Of a stretch of 64,000 nt of DNA, positions 47,914 through 60,299 are shown piece by piece. The notes below the pieces were generated by a model that saw nothing but the letters and a program-made list of their open reading frames with translations, had not been told where the DNA came from and did no database searches. A program made the translations under genes and the position numbers. The stretch lies in the NCBI GenBank assembly GCA_964188305.1, contig OZ076894.1. One strand, given 5' to 3'. Every line of letters begins with the position of its first letter. Positions within the stretch are counted from its first letter, which is position 1. Source of the stretch: Podarcis bocagei (Eukaryota).

Positions 47914-47953
47914 GGTATAAGCTTTCGTGTGCATGCACACTTCTTCAGATACC
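47914..47953 (-). ncRNA. Mirror-image hammerhead ribozyme motif on minus strand
   Basis: Exact reverse complement of 47955-47994; helix I GGTAT/ATACC. Confidence 0.72.
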
Positions 47954-47995
47954 TGGTATCTGAAGAAGTGTGCATGCACACGAAAGCTTATACCA
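47954..47995 (+). ncRNA. Minimal type I hammerhead ribozyme motif (activity uncertain)
   Basis: Helix I TGGTAT (47954-59) / ATACCA (47990-95). Core CTGAAGA (47960-66) plus an extra A. Helix II GTGTGCATGCACAC. GAAA (47982-85). Very short palindromic helix III AGCT. Cleavage triplet C-U-U (47987-89). Confidence 0.75.
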
Positions 47996-48636
47996 AGAAC
48001 TAACTTAGTTGGTCTTTAAGGTGCTACAGGAAGGAATTTTTTTATTCTGAATTTTATGTAAGTAGAATGAGGATTCATGACTATGCTGCCAATATTCACT
48101 GGCAGCAGGGTCGTTGTACTATACTCTGAAGCTTGGGGAGGTCAAGTTATTTAAAAAGACCCCACATTATTTTCCAGCACACCACTGGGATCCAGCACTT
48201 TTCCCAATTTGGCACTGAGCATTTAGACACAGAGAGAGTAGTGTTGTGGCTTATTGCAGAAGAAGCAAACTATCCTGGCCTCCTCTGATTTAGCAGCTGC
48301 AACCTTTTCCGAAATAAAAGTTAGTCACTAAAGAGGATGAGTCAGAGATCAAGTTTATTCCTTAGCTGCTGGATCAACCTCCACAAGCCACCATAAAGCA
48401 AGCTGGGAAGGCCCATCATCATTCTGATACATGCTGCAAATCTCTGGCAGAAATGTTAAGTGCATTTGGTCAGTATCATTACTAGCCATTGATTATTGTG
48501 CATAGCAAAGTAGTTAGGGTGAGCTTACAGAAAGTGGCACACAGTTTAGCAAGGTTGCATATTATTGTTCTCTTTATCTTTCAGCTAGTTGGTATTTAAT
48601 CTCACTAGGCAGATCGCAAATGGCCACTTTGTGTTT

Positions 48637-50130
48637 AATCCAGCACATGTTTGCAATTTGGTCTCTGGTTCCTCTGTCCCTTTGAAATCCAGCTTGCACT
48701 TTTGGGAGTTCTCAGTCCACATACTGCTTAAGCCTGCCTTTTAAGCATAACCTTGCTAGCGTGTGAAATGAGTGCAATTGTGCGTTAGTTGGAGCATTCT
48801 TTGGCACTGCTCTTCTTTGGGATTGGGAGGTAGACTAAATCTACATTCAATCTCCTGTATCTCTCACTATCTCCCTCGCATTTTGCTTGCCTTCTCTTCC
48901 CTACTATTTGTAAGGCCTCGTTGGACAGCCACTTTGCTTTCTTGCATTTCCTTTTCATTGGGATGGTTTTCGTTGCTGCCTCCTGTATAATGTTATGAGC
49001 CTCCATCCATAGTTCTTCAGGCACTCTGTCCACCAAATCTAAATCCTTAAACCTGTTCCTCGCTTCCACTGTGTATTCATAAGGGATTTGACTTAGATTG
49101 TATCCTACTGGCCCAGTGGTTTTTCATACTTTCTTCAGTTTAAGCTTGAATTTTGCTATAGAAAGCTGATGATCTGAGCCACAGTCAGCTCCAGGTCTTG
49201 TTTTTGCTTGCTGTATAGAGCTTCTCCATCTTTGACTGCAGAGAATATAATCAATCTGATTTCGATGCTGCCCATCTGCTGATGTCCATGTGTAGAGTCG
49301 TCTCTTGTGTTGTTGGAAAAGAGTGTTTGTGATGACCAGCTTGTTCGCTTGACAGAACTCTATTAATCTTTTTGCCCTGCTTCATTTTGGACTCCAAGGC
49401 CAAACTTGCCAGTTGTTCCTTTTATCTCTTGACTCCCTACTTTAGCATTCTAATCCCCTATAATGAGAAGAACATCCTTCTTTGGTGTCATTTCTAGAAG
49501 GTGTTGTAAGTCTTCATAGAATTGGTCAATTTCAGTTTCTTCAGCACCGGTAGTTGGTGCATAAACTTGGATTACTGTGATGTTAAAAGGTCTGCCTTAG
49601 ATTCGTATCGAGATCATTCTGTCATTTTTGAGATTGCATCCCAGTACAGCTTTTGCCACTCTTTTGTTGACTATGAGGGCCACTCCATTTCTTTTACGGG
49701 ATTCTTGCCTGCAGTAGTAGGTATGATGGTCATCCGAACTGAATTTGCCCATTCCCATCCATTTTAGTTCACTGATGCCCAGGATGTCAATATTTATTCT
49801 TGCCATTTCATTTTTGACCACATCCAACTTACTCAGGTTTATGGTTCTTACATTCCAGGTTCCTATGCAATATTTTTCTTTACAGCATTGGACTTTCCTT
49901 TCACTTCCAGGCATATCCGCAACTGAGCGACCTTTTGGCTTTGGCCCAGCGGCTTCATCAGCTCTGAATCTACTTGTACTTGTCCTCCGCTCTTCCTCAG
50001 TAGCATGTTGGATGCCTTCTGACCTGAGCGGCTCATCTTCCAGCATCATAACTGTTATATGCCTGTTGTCTTTGTCCATGGAGTTTTCTTGGCAGGGATG
50101 GGGGAGTGGTTTGCTGGTTCCTACTCCAGG
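48637..50130 (-). mobile_element. Bov-B (RTE) LINE 5' portion: 5' region, APE endonuclease, start of RT; internally deleted and 3'-truncated
   Basis: ORF 49597-50154(-) IGTWNVRTINLSKLDVVKNEMARINIDILGISELKW is an APE domain. ORF 48785-49069(-) RNRFKDLDLVDRVPEELW...PIPKKSSAKECSN, followed by RTIALISHASKVMLK...QAGF..RGTRDQIAN (RT start). Stops and frameshifts present. Confidence 0.95.
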
Positions 50131-53034
50131 TGGATCATGTTTTGGGGGAAGCACATGAGTTCCCCAAATAATCCTGGGAACTGTAGTTTAAGGGTGCTGG
50201 GAATTTTAGATCTGTGAGAGGAAAACCACAGTAAACTAAATGAGGCTTTATTGATTATACCAGGTACCTTAATGCGTACATGGATGCTTTAAAGATGTGG
50301 ATATGTTCTGCCTGTCCCATATATGTACTTGCCAGTGTCCCAGTGCCATGGCTCATGCATCACATATCCTATGCAGGATTCCAGAACCATTGCGGTATCC
50401 CATGCAGCTTTATTATGATCAAGATGCTAGGTACCTGCAAAATCTTAGGTATGTTAAGGTTATTCAAGCTTGGAGAATAGAATAAGATCTAAGTTTGAAA
50501 AAATCGGTAGGGTTTTGGCTTTGAAGCCCACATAGCAATGCAGGAAGAAGGAGAGTTAAATGTGAGAGTGGACTTGGTTCTTTCCACATACTTTTTGGTT
50601 CAGTATAAATGTCATTTCAGTGATATAATTTCTTTTTAACTGAAAGTGACCTGAGACTGAAGGGGTGTGGAGACAACTTCACACCAGTATTCATTTTTAA
50701 TTTGGGATTTCCACACCCAATCAGGTGTTTGCCCTCTAAAAAGGTACATTGATTTCTTCTACCTCCCAGAGGCTTCTCCATATTAGCCTAGCAACAGATT
50801 GTTACGATTTGCAGTTATATTCAGTCAGTAACTCCAGTTTTATGCCTGGGCGATGACTAACAGACACTGTAATCTAATCCACATGGTCAAGGTCTTGAAA
50901 CATCAACCATAGATTTGGTAGCTCTAGAAAAAAGCCTTTGACTGCATAGAATGGTGGTACATAAAAGTGTGTGTGTGTATAGGATTTGGACCTATTTTTT
51001 TGTTGCAGCAAGCTGCACAACTCCTACTATAGTTTCTAATTTGCTACCTTGCCTGTATGATCTCTAGGTAAGACTTCTCATCTCCTGTCTCACTTCAACC
51101 ATTTCCCTTGGGAGCAACCTTGTTATTAAGGATTTTTATAGTATTGACACTGGGCACAAGCTTGGTACTCACATGGATCTTGGTCTTGTATGTCATGAGA
51201 ATTTTCTTTCTGCTATACTATACTGCTCATGAACAAGCTTGACAGTTTGGGATCAATATCTGGCTATAAGGCCAATTACTCCAAATCTGAGGTAATTAAC
51301 ATCAGTTTACTAGCCTATATTTAGCAGACATTGCAGTTTCCCTTTTAATTCCCTTGAGATAAAGTTTATCCAATAAACAAACGTTGCATGCACTTGGGAA
51401 TCTATATTTAATTTGAATAACTTAAGGGGGGAAACCTCAGTTACTCTCCCCCTTTTTGCTACGAAGGTCTGCAGCAGTGGTCTACAAAGAATTTTTGAGT
51501 GACTAACACAAATAGCTAGCACCCAGATAACAGTATTTGCCATAATTTATTTTTCTGTTCTATTCCTTATTTATGTATATTTGTAAACAAGAAGAACCAA
51601 GTGGTAGTCATTACTCAGTGTTTTTATTAGGGGTGGCACTTTATAGAAATCAGTTGGGCATGGTGGATTGACCCTTTCTAATTTACAAATTTGTAAGATT
51701 GTTTTTTGGTATTATTTCTCTCTAGCGCTTGCCATTGGAAACAGATGGAACAAAAAGTTGTTAAACTAGCTTCATTACAGGTTCTGAGTTTTGTAGTTTT
51801 GTGTATTTGTATGCTTTTTAAACACTATAACCTACCCTGAAAACAATTTTGAGAAAGGACAGTATAAAAATGTTTTATCATCATTATTATTTAAAATAGT
51901 TTTTCTCAGTTTCATATAACATCTTAGAAATTTAGTATTTAACAATCACCAACCTAATCTCTAGAGCAGGAATGAGCAAGTTGTGGTCCTTCAAATGGTC
52001 AAGAACGATGGAAGTTGTGGTCAGCAGTGTCTGGAGAGCTGCAGATCCCCCATTTCTGCTCTACAGCCCTACTATCTTTATCAACTAATACTTACCTTTT
52101 GTAGACAATATTTCCAAAGCTTTGCTCTGAAAAGAGTTGAATTCATACCCATCAGAATTTGATAACCTGTGTACCCTTGCAATGTGAGAGTTTGATATAT
52201 TCCCAAGAGATTTGTGGACTAACAGGGTTTTCTGATTAAATTCAAATAATTTAAATACACCGAGTAACTGATGGCAAGTCAGATTTCCCCTTGGCCTCAG
52301 TCCCCACCTTTAAAATAGGAACCATGGAGGCTTCTTTCAGAGAGTAGCTGTGGGACTGAATGACCTTAAATATACACCAATCTTTGGTTGCCACCAAAAA
52401 GCCATTACCAGTGCTGGTGATGATCCAGTGAGAAAGAGAATTGCATTTGAACTCTCTCTATGTGGTGGTCCAATCATATGCAGCTTTAGCACATCAGCAG
52501 CACATGGCAGCAGTGCCATTTATTTTCTGTTTATTCTAACAGGTGCTGGTATAAGATCCACTGTTTAGGGAAGCTGGCAGTTAGTTGCAGCCACTAACGA
52601 TATATGTGGAGAACTTTACTATTACAGATCAACTTCCAAAAGTACATCTAGCAAGAACTATGGAGGTTTGTTTGTTTGCTTATTGTTATTAATTTATGGA
52701 AGAGCATATTGTGTGCTTTGTAAGCAGGAAAGCACACAAATCTTTTAAGGACACAAAGCATATACATAAAATAAAAAGGGGTGGCCACACAGTTAGAAGG
52801 ACCAGGAAAACAATCCGCCCAACTCTGGACTGCAGAAAAAGTCAAGAAACCTAAAGACTTTTGACCACTTATTGGTTGCCAAGCTTGGCAAAATTCTCCA
52901 TGCCTGGAAAGGGTCACCGAAAGCCAACTGGGGCCTCTATCAGTTGTGCTTCTCTTGCACTGAGCAGGTTAATGGATACCAGAGGGAGCAGGTTTATTCC
53001 TGCAGGAAAGGGCTGTCTTTAAACACGCAGCTTT

Positions 53035-53091
53035 TTCTTCTTCTTCTTCTTCTTCTTCTTCTTCTTCTTCTTCTTCTTCTTCTTCTTCTTC
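53035..53091. repeat. (TTC)n / (GAA)n trinucleotide microsatellite
   Basis: About 19 perfect units. Confidence 0.98.
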
Positions 53092-53139
53092 CCACTCATC
53101 ATGATGGCATGGATGTGTAAAAAGAGGGAGACCAGAGCT

Positions 53140-53450
53140 GACATTGTCCTGCATCAAGGAGGGGGAGGGGGAGGGGAGAGGGCTTTGCAGATCATTACTC
53201 ATTTATTTGCGCAGCAAGCTCCTTCCTCTGCCCATTCAGGCAGCTATTACTAGCTAGTGAAAAGTCACAAAGCCCTGTCATTAGCGGAATCAATCACGCC
53301 AGGGCCCAGGGAGAACCCTCCCGCAGCCTCTCATTTACTCAGCTAAAGAGCTCAGAGCCTGCTGTCTGCGGCTGACTCAGCTCCCGGGTCTCCAGCTCAG
53401 CCTCTTTTCAGCAGCTCTCTGGGCTCGCCTTCTCCCCTCCTCTTCTTTGT
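53140..53450. promoter_or_regulatory. Candidate enhancer / conserved non-coding element
   Basis: Repeat-free, GC-enriched, CpG-retaining segment. G-tracts at 53161-53183. Palindromic AP-1/MARE-like GCTGACTCAGC at 53371-53381. Motif-based only. Confidence 0.35.
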
Positions 53451-53929
53451 ACTGTTTATTGGGAGATGCACTTTGTGGATTCTGCGCCAAAGAGAGGCTT
53501 TGGCCTAGTGTGCATTCTTTAGCTCCTGAGGATATTGCCATGGAGACACCACTGTTTTGAATGGTCTCTTCCCTTCCCCCACCAGTCTCCCAACAAAAAG
53601 TCCCTCTGGTTTTGGGTTGCTTTCTGACTTCATCTTGTTTTGCCTTTTCTCCTCAGTCGTCCCCCCACACTCCTTCAGAGACATTTTACGATCCAGGTGC
53701 TGGTCAGTTAAAGCTGATTGGCCCCTGTAAAAACAAAAAAGACGTTTGTGTAGGAAAAGGCAGCTGAAGAGAGGGCGCAAGGCAGACACAAGTTGGTTGG
53801 ACTATAACCATATTTGGGAAAGACCAAAAACAACAATCACAACCCAAACTATTTTTTAAATGTAGAACATTTGCTGACCACCCAATCACCACAGTTCTCT
53901 GGATAGTTCCTGTAGAGGTCAATCTACAA

Positions 53930-54160
53930 TTAAACCATTAATTTAAAAGAATCAAAGTGTTAAAAACCATTTGACTGGTTTAAAACCACTACAACCAGCA
54001 TAGAAGCAGTTAAAACCCATTCCAAGGGCAAAAAACCCCCAACGTAAATAAAAATGTATTCTATTGGTACTGAAAGTTTTTAAATGTGGGTGCCAGGTGA
54101 CCTTCCTTGGGGATGGCGTTCCATAATCAGGCCACTATCTCCAAAAAGGCCCTCTCTGGA
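53930..54160 (-). mobile_element. L2-type LINE 3' fragment
   Basis: Reverse complement AGGGCCTTTTTGGAGATAGTGGCCTGATTATGGAACGCCATCCCC reads RAFLEIVA*LWNAIP, followed by a T-rich 3' UTR (A-rich on plus). Confidence 0.65.
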
Positions 54161-55029
54161 GAATTCCTGGACTGTAAGATCCATGTCTGGATCACTACTT
54201 CTGGGAAAAGCCATTTAATTGATGGTAGGCTGACATATCTTCATTGCTTAACACAGTGCTCCCAACCACAAAACATGCATACAAGAATCCTCCCATGATA
54301 AGATTGTTATGCAAACAAAATAATAAGATGGGGTAAGATATAGCAGGCAGGTAGGAAAGTACTTAATCAGCACCTAAATGCTTGTTTCAAGGACAACTGA
54401 AAGTCAACCAAACAAACTGCATTCCCTCTTCAGTAGTCCTCCTACCGTAGGCCTACCAAGGAAATGCAGCTCCATTCTAGATGCAGACCACCCTCCACTC
54501 TGCCACAGATTCAGCAGTGAACATGGTGTTGCTTTCAGTTGAGAGTTGTCTGAAACTCTTGCCTTAGTATTGAGAAAAATGGTCAGGCCTTCTTCTTGCC
54601 TTCTTTCATTTGTTTTGTAGGTCACAACCGAAGGCAAAAGTGATGGAGCAGCTTTGCCTTAGTAACACACATATTTACCAACACAGCTTGATGGACACCC
54701 AGAATTATTTTGTTCTTGTGCTCTTGTTGCTAGGCTAATGCAATATATCAAGAAGGTGTGTCCTCCCAGACACATTTCTAGTTACTTTGAGGCTTCCTTT
54801 GCCTAAAGATGGTGATGTTAATTCATGTTGTGGAAAATAGGCATAAAAGCTTGGCTTCCTTCACTTGTGTTCTTTCAGAAGTGACCAGAGGATCATTGCA
54901 TTTTGTATTCTTCCCTGTTTTGCAAAGTTGTTGCATAAATTAATACTTTTGTTTGCAGGGTTGGGAAGTGACTTGTCCAAGGGACAAGTGATTTGTAGCC
55001 AAATGTATCATATCATATGCACTAAATTA

Positions 55030-55200
55030 GGGGAAGCTGAGTGGTTGAGAACATGCTTTGCACATAGAAGGTAATGGGTTCAATCCTGACATCTCCAGGT
55101 AGGGCTGGGAAACCCTGAAGTGATACTGTTATTCACTGTAGTTGACATTAAGCTGGATGGACCAATTGCCTGACTCATTATAAGGCACCTTCCTATGTTC
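55030..55200 (+). mobile_element. Squam3-like tRNA-derived SINE
   Basis: GCTGAGTGGTTGAGAACATGCTTTGCA...GGTTCAATCCTGACATCTCCAGGTAGGGCTGGG...GATGGACCAATTGCCTGACTCATTATAAGGCACCTTCCTATGTTC. Confidence 0.85.
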
Positions 55201-55852
55201 TCATATTGCCCTGCTCATTTTAACAAAAGCATCCGAATCATTGCAATTGGTGTGGGTTGTGGGGGTGGTTGAGATACAGCTCTGATCATCCATGGGTGGC
55301 AGTTGTGCTAGTGGTGGAATATACTTATTGAGTGGGTGAGTACAATTTTGCCAAGCTGTATTGAAAGTAATCTATCCCAACTTTCTACCCCTGCTTTGAC
55401 TAAATCAATTACTATAATTTGTGGAAGAGGACCTGGGGAGGTGGAGAAGCCATTGTTTGTCCTTTGGTTTATTGTTTTTAGCTGATATTAGTGACAAAAA
55501 GATACTAGCAATGTCTTGATGCAGGCGGCATTGCTCAGGCTGATCACATTACTTTGCCAGACGTATTTCACACACTGCTCCACCTCCTACCCTTTGAGCT
55601 GTAAGTTTTCCAGCTCTGACTCACATTCAGTGTACTGTAATAAGCAGGTGTGGTGACTGCTAAAGATCTGCTAACTGGCCTTAATGGCACTATGCTGGCT
55701 AAGTTAACTAAGGTGGTGGGGGAAGGAAAGCTGTTTGTAAGTGCATGATTTCCCGGAATAGAAATCTTGTTTCTTATGACACTTTCCCTTCTCTTTTCTT
55801 ACCTCCCCATTCCCTAAGCACATTTTCAGAGCAAAATTATCTCTAATTTTCA

Positions 55853-56268
55853 TGGGGCCAGCCCTCCCATGAGGCAAGGCAAGGTGACTGCCTCAGGCAG
55901 CAGGATTCAAATGGGCAATATTTCCAGCATTGTTGGACGCATCTGCCATCTCCTCAACAGCCCCCCTCCCTCTGCCATGCCACATCTACAACGGCCTCTT
56001 GGTGAATAGAAGGTATAATGCTGCTCTTTGACCATTAGGTAGGAAATGGCAGGTGCTGCCCCCTCAGGTGTCCTGGGTTCTGCACCTGCCCAGCATGATT
56101 TAGAACAGGCTCCTTTCCCCCCCACAGCAGCCTTTGACTCCCACTTCAGCTGTCGAGTAAGGTTGATTTGGCTCTTCACTCACCCCTTCTTCCCTGGTGG
56201 GGAGTGCAGGGACACACACACCATTTTGTGGTTCACCTCAGATGCCAAAATATCTTGGGATGGCCCTG
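55853..56268. mobile_element. hAT-like MITE (degenerate)
   Basis: Left GGGGCCAGCCC...GCCTCAGGCAGCA, right CCTCAGATGCCAAAATATCTTGGGATGGCCCTG. GC-rich against AT-rich flanks. TSD not clear. Confidence 0.55.
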
Positions 56269-57735
56269 AGAATTTGTGTTACAGTTAAATAATATACTGG
56301 AACCAAGCCCCGTGTTTTCTAGCTAGTGGAAGCCCCACCTTTGCAATATTCTCTCATTTCAAGGAAGAGCAAAACATCTTTCGGCAGTATCCATCTTTCA
56401 CATCTCCAGGGTGTTCTATGAATTTCCTCTTGGAATTTGAATACTTTTGTTTCTATAGCAGCATTTTAGCATTACTGGTTTATTTCTGTCTCCTTCATAA
56501 TCACCAAGGAATTTGATGTTAATATTTGTATTTGTATCTCTGTTTTATCTCTGCTTAGTTCCCAGTTGACACACTGATATCAAAACTGTTAAGGTACTTC
56601 CACAATAGATGGAAAGTGGAAGCTTGGTACAGATGTATTCCAACAGATTGATCCTGATTGTTAGAAAACACCTGAGAACCTGATACTTTACTCCCTCAAA
56701 ACTCAAAATAAGAAGTCTGAATCATAACAGTGCCAGTGGTCAAAATGGAACAAGCCAAATCACAGATAGGATGACATGTTGCTCTGTGGCAGCAGTTCTC
56801 AAACTGCTTTTCCTTGAAAAACCCTGAGGGTCAATTACACTTTTAAAACCATTTTTGTTCTATAAATCAACTCATATTCAACTCTTTAACTGAAGAACAG
56901 TTCTATTCTGAACAGCTTTGTTCAACATTTGCAGGAGTTTCATTTTTAAAAACACTGCTCTGCATACATCTCCAGTTCTTGAAATAAGCTGAGAAGTTGC
57001 TTGTGGAGCAGTGTGTTTGCAACACTATGGATATGAAAACCTGTGTGTGTGTGCGCGCACGCATGCGCACTCCCACAACACCCTACTTCAGATCCTGGAA
57101 AGAGGGCATATTTGCTTTTGCAGTATTCTGGAGTCAGTATTGTGCTCTCTCAGAGCTTTTTCTGTTTGTATGTAGTTTAAGAGTTTCATTAACTAAAAAA
57201 CCACACAAATAAAAATACCCTGATACAATTTCTATGCAATTTTATGGCTCCATAGCATAATCTCTGATAGAGGAAATTACCCTGGCTTTTCATTCAGAAG
57301 TATATTTTTTGATATGAGCTAGGCAGTACTGGGCTCAATTATGAGAGTATCTACCAGTATTTTAAAACGTGATCATTTGTAAATATTGCAAATTATAAAC
57401 AATATTTTAAATCCACCCTCTTCTTTAATGCAGCCTGAGATCTCCAAGTTCATCTCCCAATTTCAGCTCTCAGTTACTAACACCTAGGCATTTTTCCTGA
57501 TGGGATATGCTAAGAATCGCACATGAATACATTTTTTGCTTTCTGTTGCCTTGTACTTTTCTCAATTCATCTCCATAGCATCCTTGGAAAGAATAGGAAT
57601 GAGGGGGTGATAAAAGTTGCATATTGCATTAATTTAGCACTATTCAGAGAAATGTGCTAGGGACAAGATTTTGAAGGTGCACGAGCAGACATAGCTAGAG
57701 CCAAGAGTAGTTGTTAGTCTCTATTTCCTCTCAGC

Positions 57736-57909
57736 CAGGGGTGCCAACTTGAAGAAAATATGGGGGGGGGGGTAAGCTGCAAAACTTACAATTGATCATA
57801 TGATGCATGCACACCATCTGAATGGCAATGCTTATCAGCTTTGGGGGCAGCCCCCTCAAATATCAGGTTTGGGGGCAGCCCCCTCAGCCCCTAGGAGTTG
57901 GCTCCTATG
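57736..57909. mobile_element. hAT MITE with 8-bp TSD
   Basis: Flanks CTCTCAGC (57728-57735) and CTCTTAGC (57910-57917). TIRs CAGGGGTGCCAACT / AGTTGGCTCCTATG. Internal TTTGGGGGCAGCCCCCTCA occurs twice. Confidence 0.85.
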
Positions 57910-60168
57910 CTCTTAGCTCACTTTTTTCATAATGCCTGGACCAAACAGACAGTATAATAGAGGCAACCCCCCTATTTGGATTAAGTAAGAGTAGTGGGTA
58001 GACATATTTCCTACTGTTGCAAGAGGGTCTTTTTTTTGCTTCCCAGGTGGCATTCCATTGGGCATCTGAAGAGAAGGCATGTGCCAATATGTGTGTGTTC
58101 TTGTAGCTGGCCCTTTGCCACAATTGAGTGATGGCAGCCAATTCAGCTTTCTTAGGGGGCTCTGTTTGTTGGGGACTGGAAGTCTCATTCAGGCTAATTT
58201 TGAAAGGCTTTGTGCTGGAAGATGGAAAGACTCTACATACAGTACTTGCTGAGATGAGCTTCTACAGTTCAAATGCTTCCAGCAGTTCTAATTCCTTGAT
58301 GCAATATTGTGAGGATGGGTGGAAGTTAGGTGGTTTTGTTCAGGGAAGCATGCAGGCATGGAAATGCTGACTCTTCGTGCTCTTCCATTCATTTAGGGTG
58401 AAATAAGAGTAGTTTTGCATTAAATTATGCACAACTAGGCTGGATGCAGAAATAGTGATGGGATGAATCACTTAAGCATGTTTGTGCTAATTACTGCTTA
58501 GCCTTTATGGTGACAAAAAAACACAATAGTAGCCTTCTCAGTCTGCAGGAAACTCTTCAGACAAACCCTTTGCAACGTTGCAGAAGTCTTCCATGAATCA
58601 AATTAGCTTTGGTTTGTGAATGTTAAAAGAACCACTGTTTTAGTTTTAGCTGTCTCTCCTCCAAAACATCCTAACCTGAAACAGATAAATTCCCATCGTC
58701 ACTAGAAAAAGGACAGGAACTATTTCCATTAGAAAACGAACAGGAATTTTTACTACTACCAGTGGACTGTTTTAAGTTGATCGTTATGTCTTACAGGTCA
58801 ACTGAAATACCACGGTATTAGTGCAGCACAATCAAAAGACCCTTGCTCCCAGATCTGAAGTCTTTGCTTGTCACATTATGACATAATATTTACAAAAAGC
58901 AGAGTGGGCAAGTAACAGCTTGAAAGCTACACATTTTCCTTCAGATGCATTCTGTGTGTTTCTCATCAGGTTGTTTTTTTTAAACAGAAAGATCACATGG
59001 CTCACAGGTTACTCTGCTGTATTCTTGTCCATTTAACAGCTTACATTTTGATTATTGTTCTGGATGGTATGTAAGTAGTTGTGTTGGATTTCTGTAAAAG
59101 TGATGGGAAAAGGAGATCTAGGACAAACTTGGTCAATATTTGTAAAGGCTGCCTACTTTTTGACAAGGTGAATTAGTGCAGCTTTCCTCCCCGCATGCTT
59201 GATTGCTACAAAGCCCTCCATTCACTGAACCCCTGTAGGCAATCTAGTGCCACCTTCATTTTCACTACTGCCAAAATCAATGCTTCTTGGTGGGGGGGTG
59301 GGGAACTGTTGTCTGAATTCATCCCTCACACCAAGGGATCAGAACCTGCAATAATAGGTAATTTGATCTTGATCATGAAACTTGCTGTGGTAAACAAGTG
59401 CTTAGAATGGAGTATGTTGGCTACTTGAACATCATAAATGATGACAATCCTTCCCTGAGGTTGCCACCTTAGTAGACCTTGGCAGTTAAGGTTGCCAGCA
59501 TTTAATTTCACTCTTGATTTGAGTTCAGGCTGTTTTGTTTTCACAAATGTGTTGTCTGCCTGCTCTAAGACTAAAGTATTAGGATGATGGAGGGAGGGGG
59601 AAGAAAAAAAAATCAGGGCGTGAGACAATAAGGTACGTCTCTAAAAAGATCAGGTTGCCAACTAATTGAAATGCTTTTCTACTACTCTTTAATGTGTTAA
59701 GACATCTTGAACTTGAAGAAATCTTTGCCAGGAGGAGGACATAATATATCCTGAATATTTCAGACAAATAGCATTAAGTTAACACCACTATGTATAAATT
59801 ACATTTAACACACAGGTTTTGGGGCATTAACATATATGCATAATAATAGGGAATAAAAATTGCACTCACATGCCATGGGGATCTTAAAAAATATTGATTA
59901 TTATTTCCAAGTAAACATTGTTAGGAACAATAGCAACACTATAATCATCCAAATACACAAGTGTATTCTACCCAAGTCATTTACGATTTTAAAGGTGATA
60001 ATTGCATTTCAAATTGCATATAGAAACAGACTGGAAGCCAATGAATTATTTTGTCACTAGCATCAGAAGGTTATGAATCTGCTATTTCCTAATACTACTT
60101 GCTACAGTTGATGTCTAGTTTTCATTTGAAAATGTTGTGCTCTTAACTTTTGAATACGGTTCTGGTCA

Positions 60169-60171
60169 ACA

Positions 60172-60228
<57 letters not shown>
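60169..60228. repeat. (AC)n(AG)n compound microsatellite
   Basis: Direct observation. Confidence 0.97.
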
Positions 60229-60229
<1 letters not shown>

Positions 60230-60299
60230 CAGCAATCTTGAGCTAATTTCTCAGAATACATTGGGTTTGAGTTGGACTGTGTAGTTTCTGCTGAAACAG

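Larger units (their letters stand above)
47825..48045. mobile_element. Penelope-like element (PLE) remnant: inverted pseudo-LTR fold-back with TSD
   Basis: Perfect inverted repeat 47862-47953 / 47955-48046. Direct repeat TCTGAATTTTAT at 47813-47824 and 48046-48057. Each arm carries a minimal hammerhead motif. Both inverted pLTRs and such motifs are known PLE traits. Confidence 0.8.

Noticed and set aside
42499-50130. The two minus-strand Bov-B pieces as one element split by a 5.7-kb insertion
   Set aside because: The 3' piece has its own 11-bp TSD (ACATTCACAAT), so it is an independent insertion.
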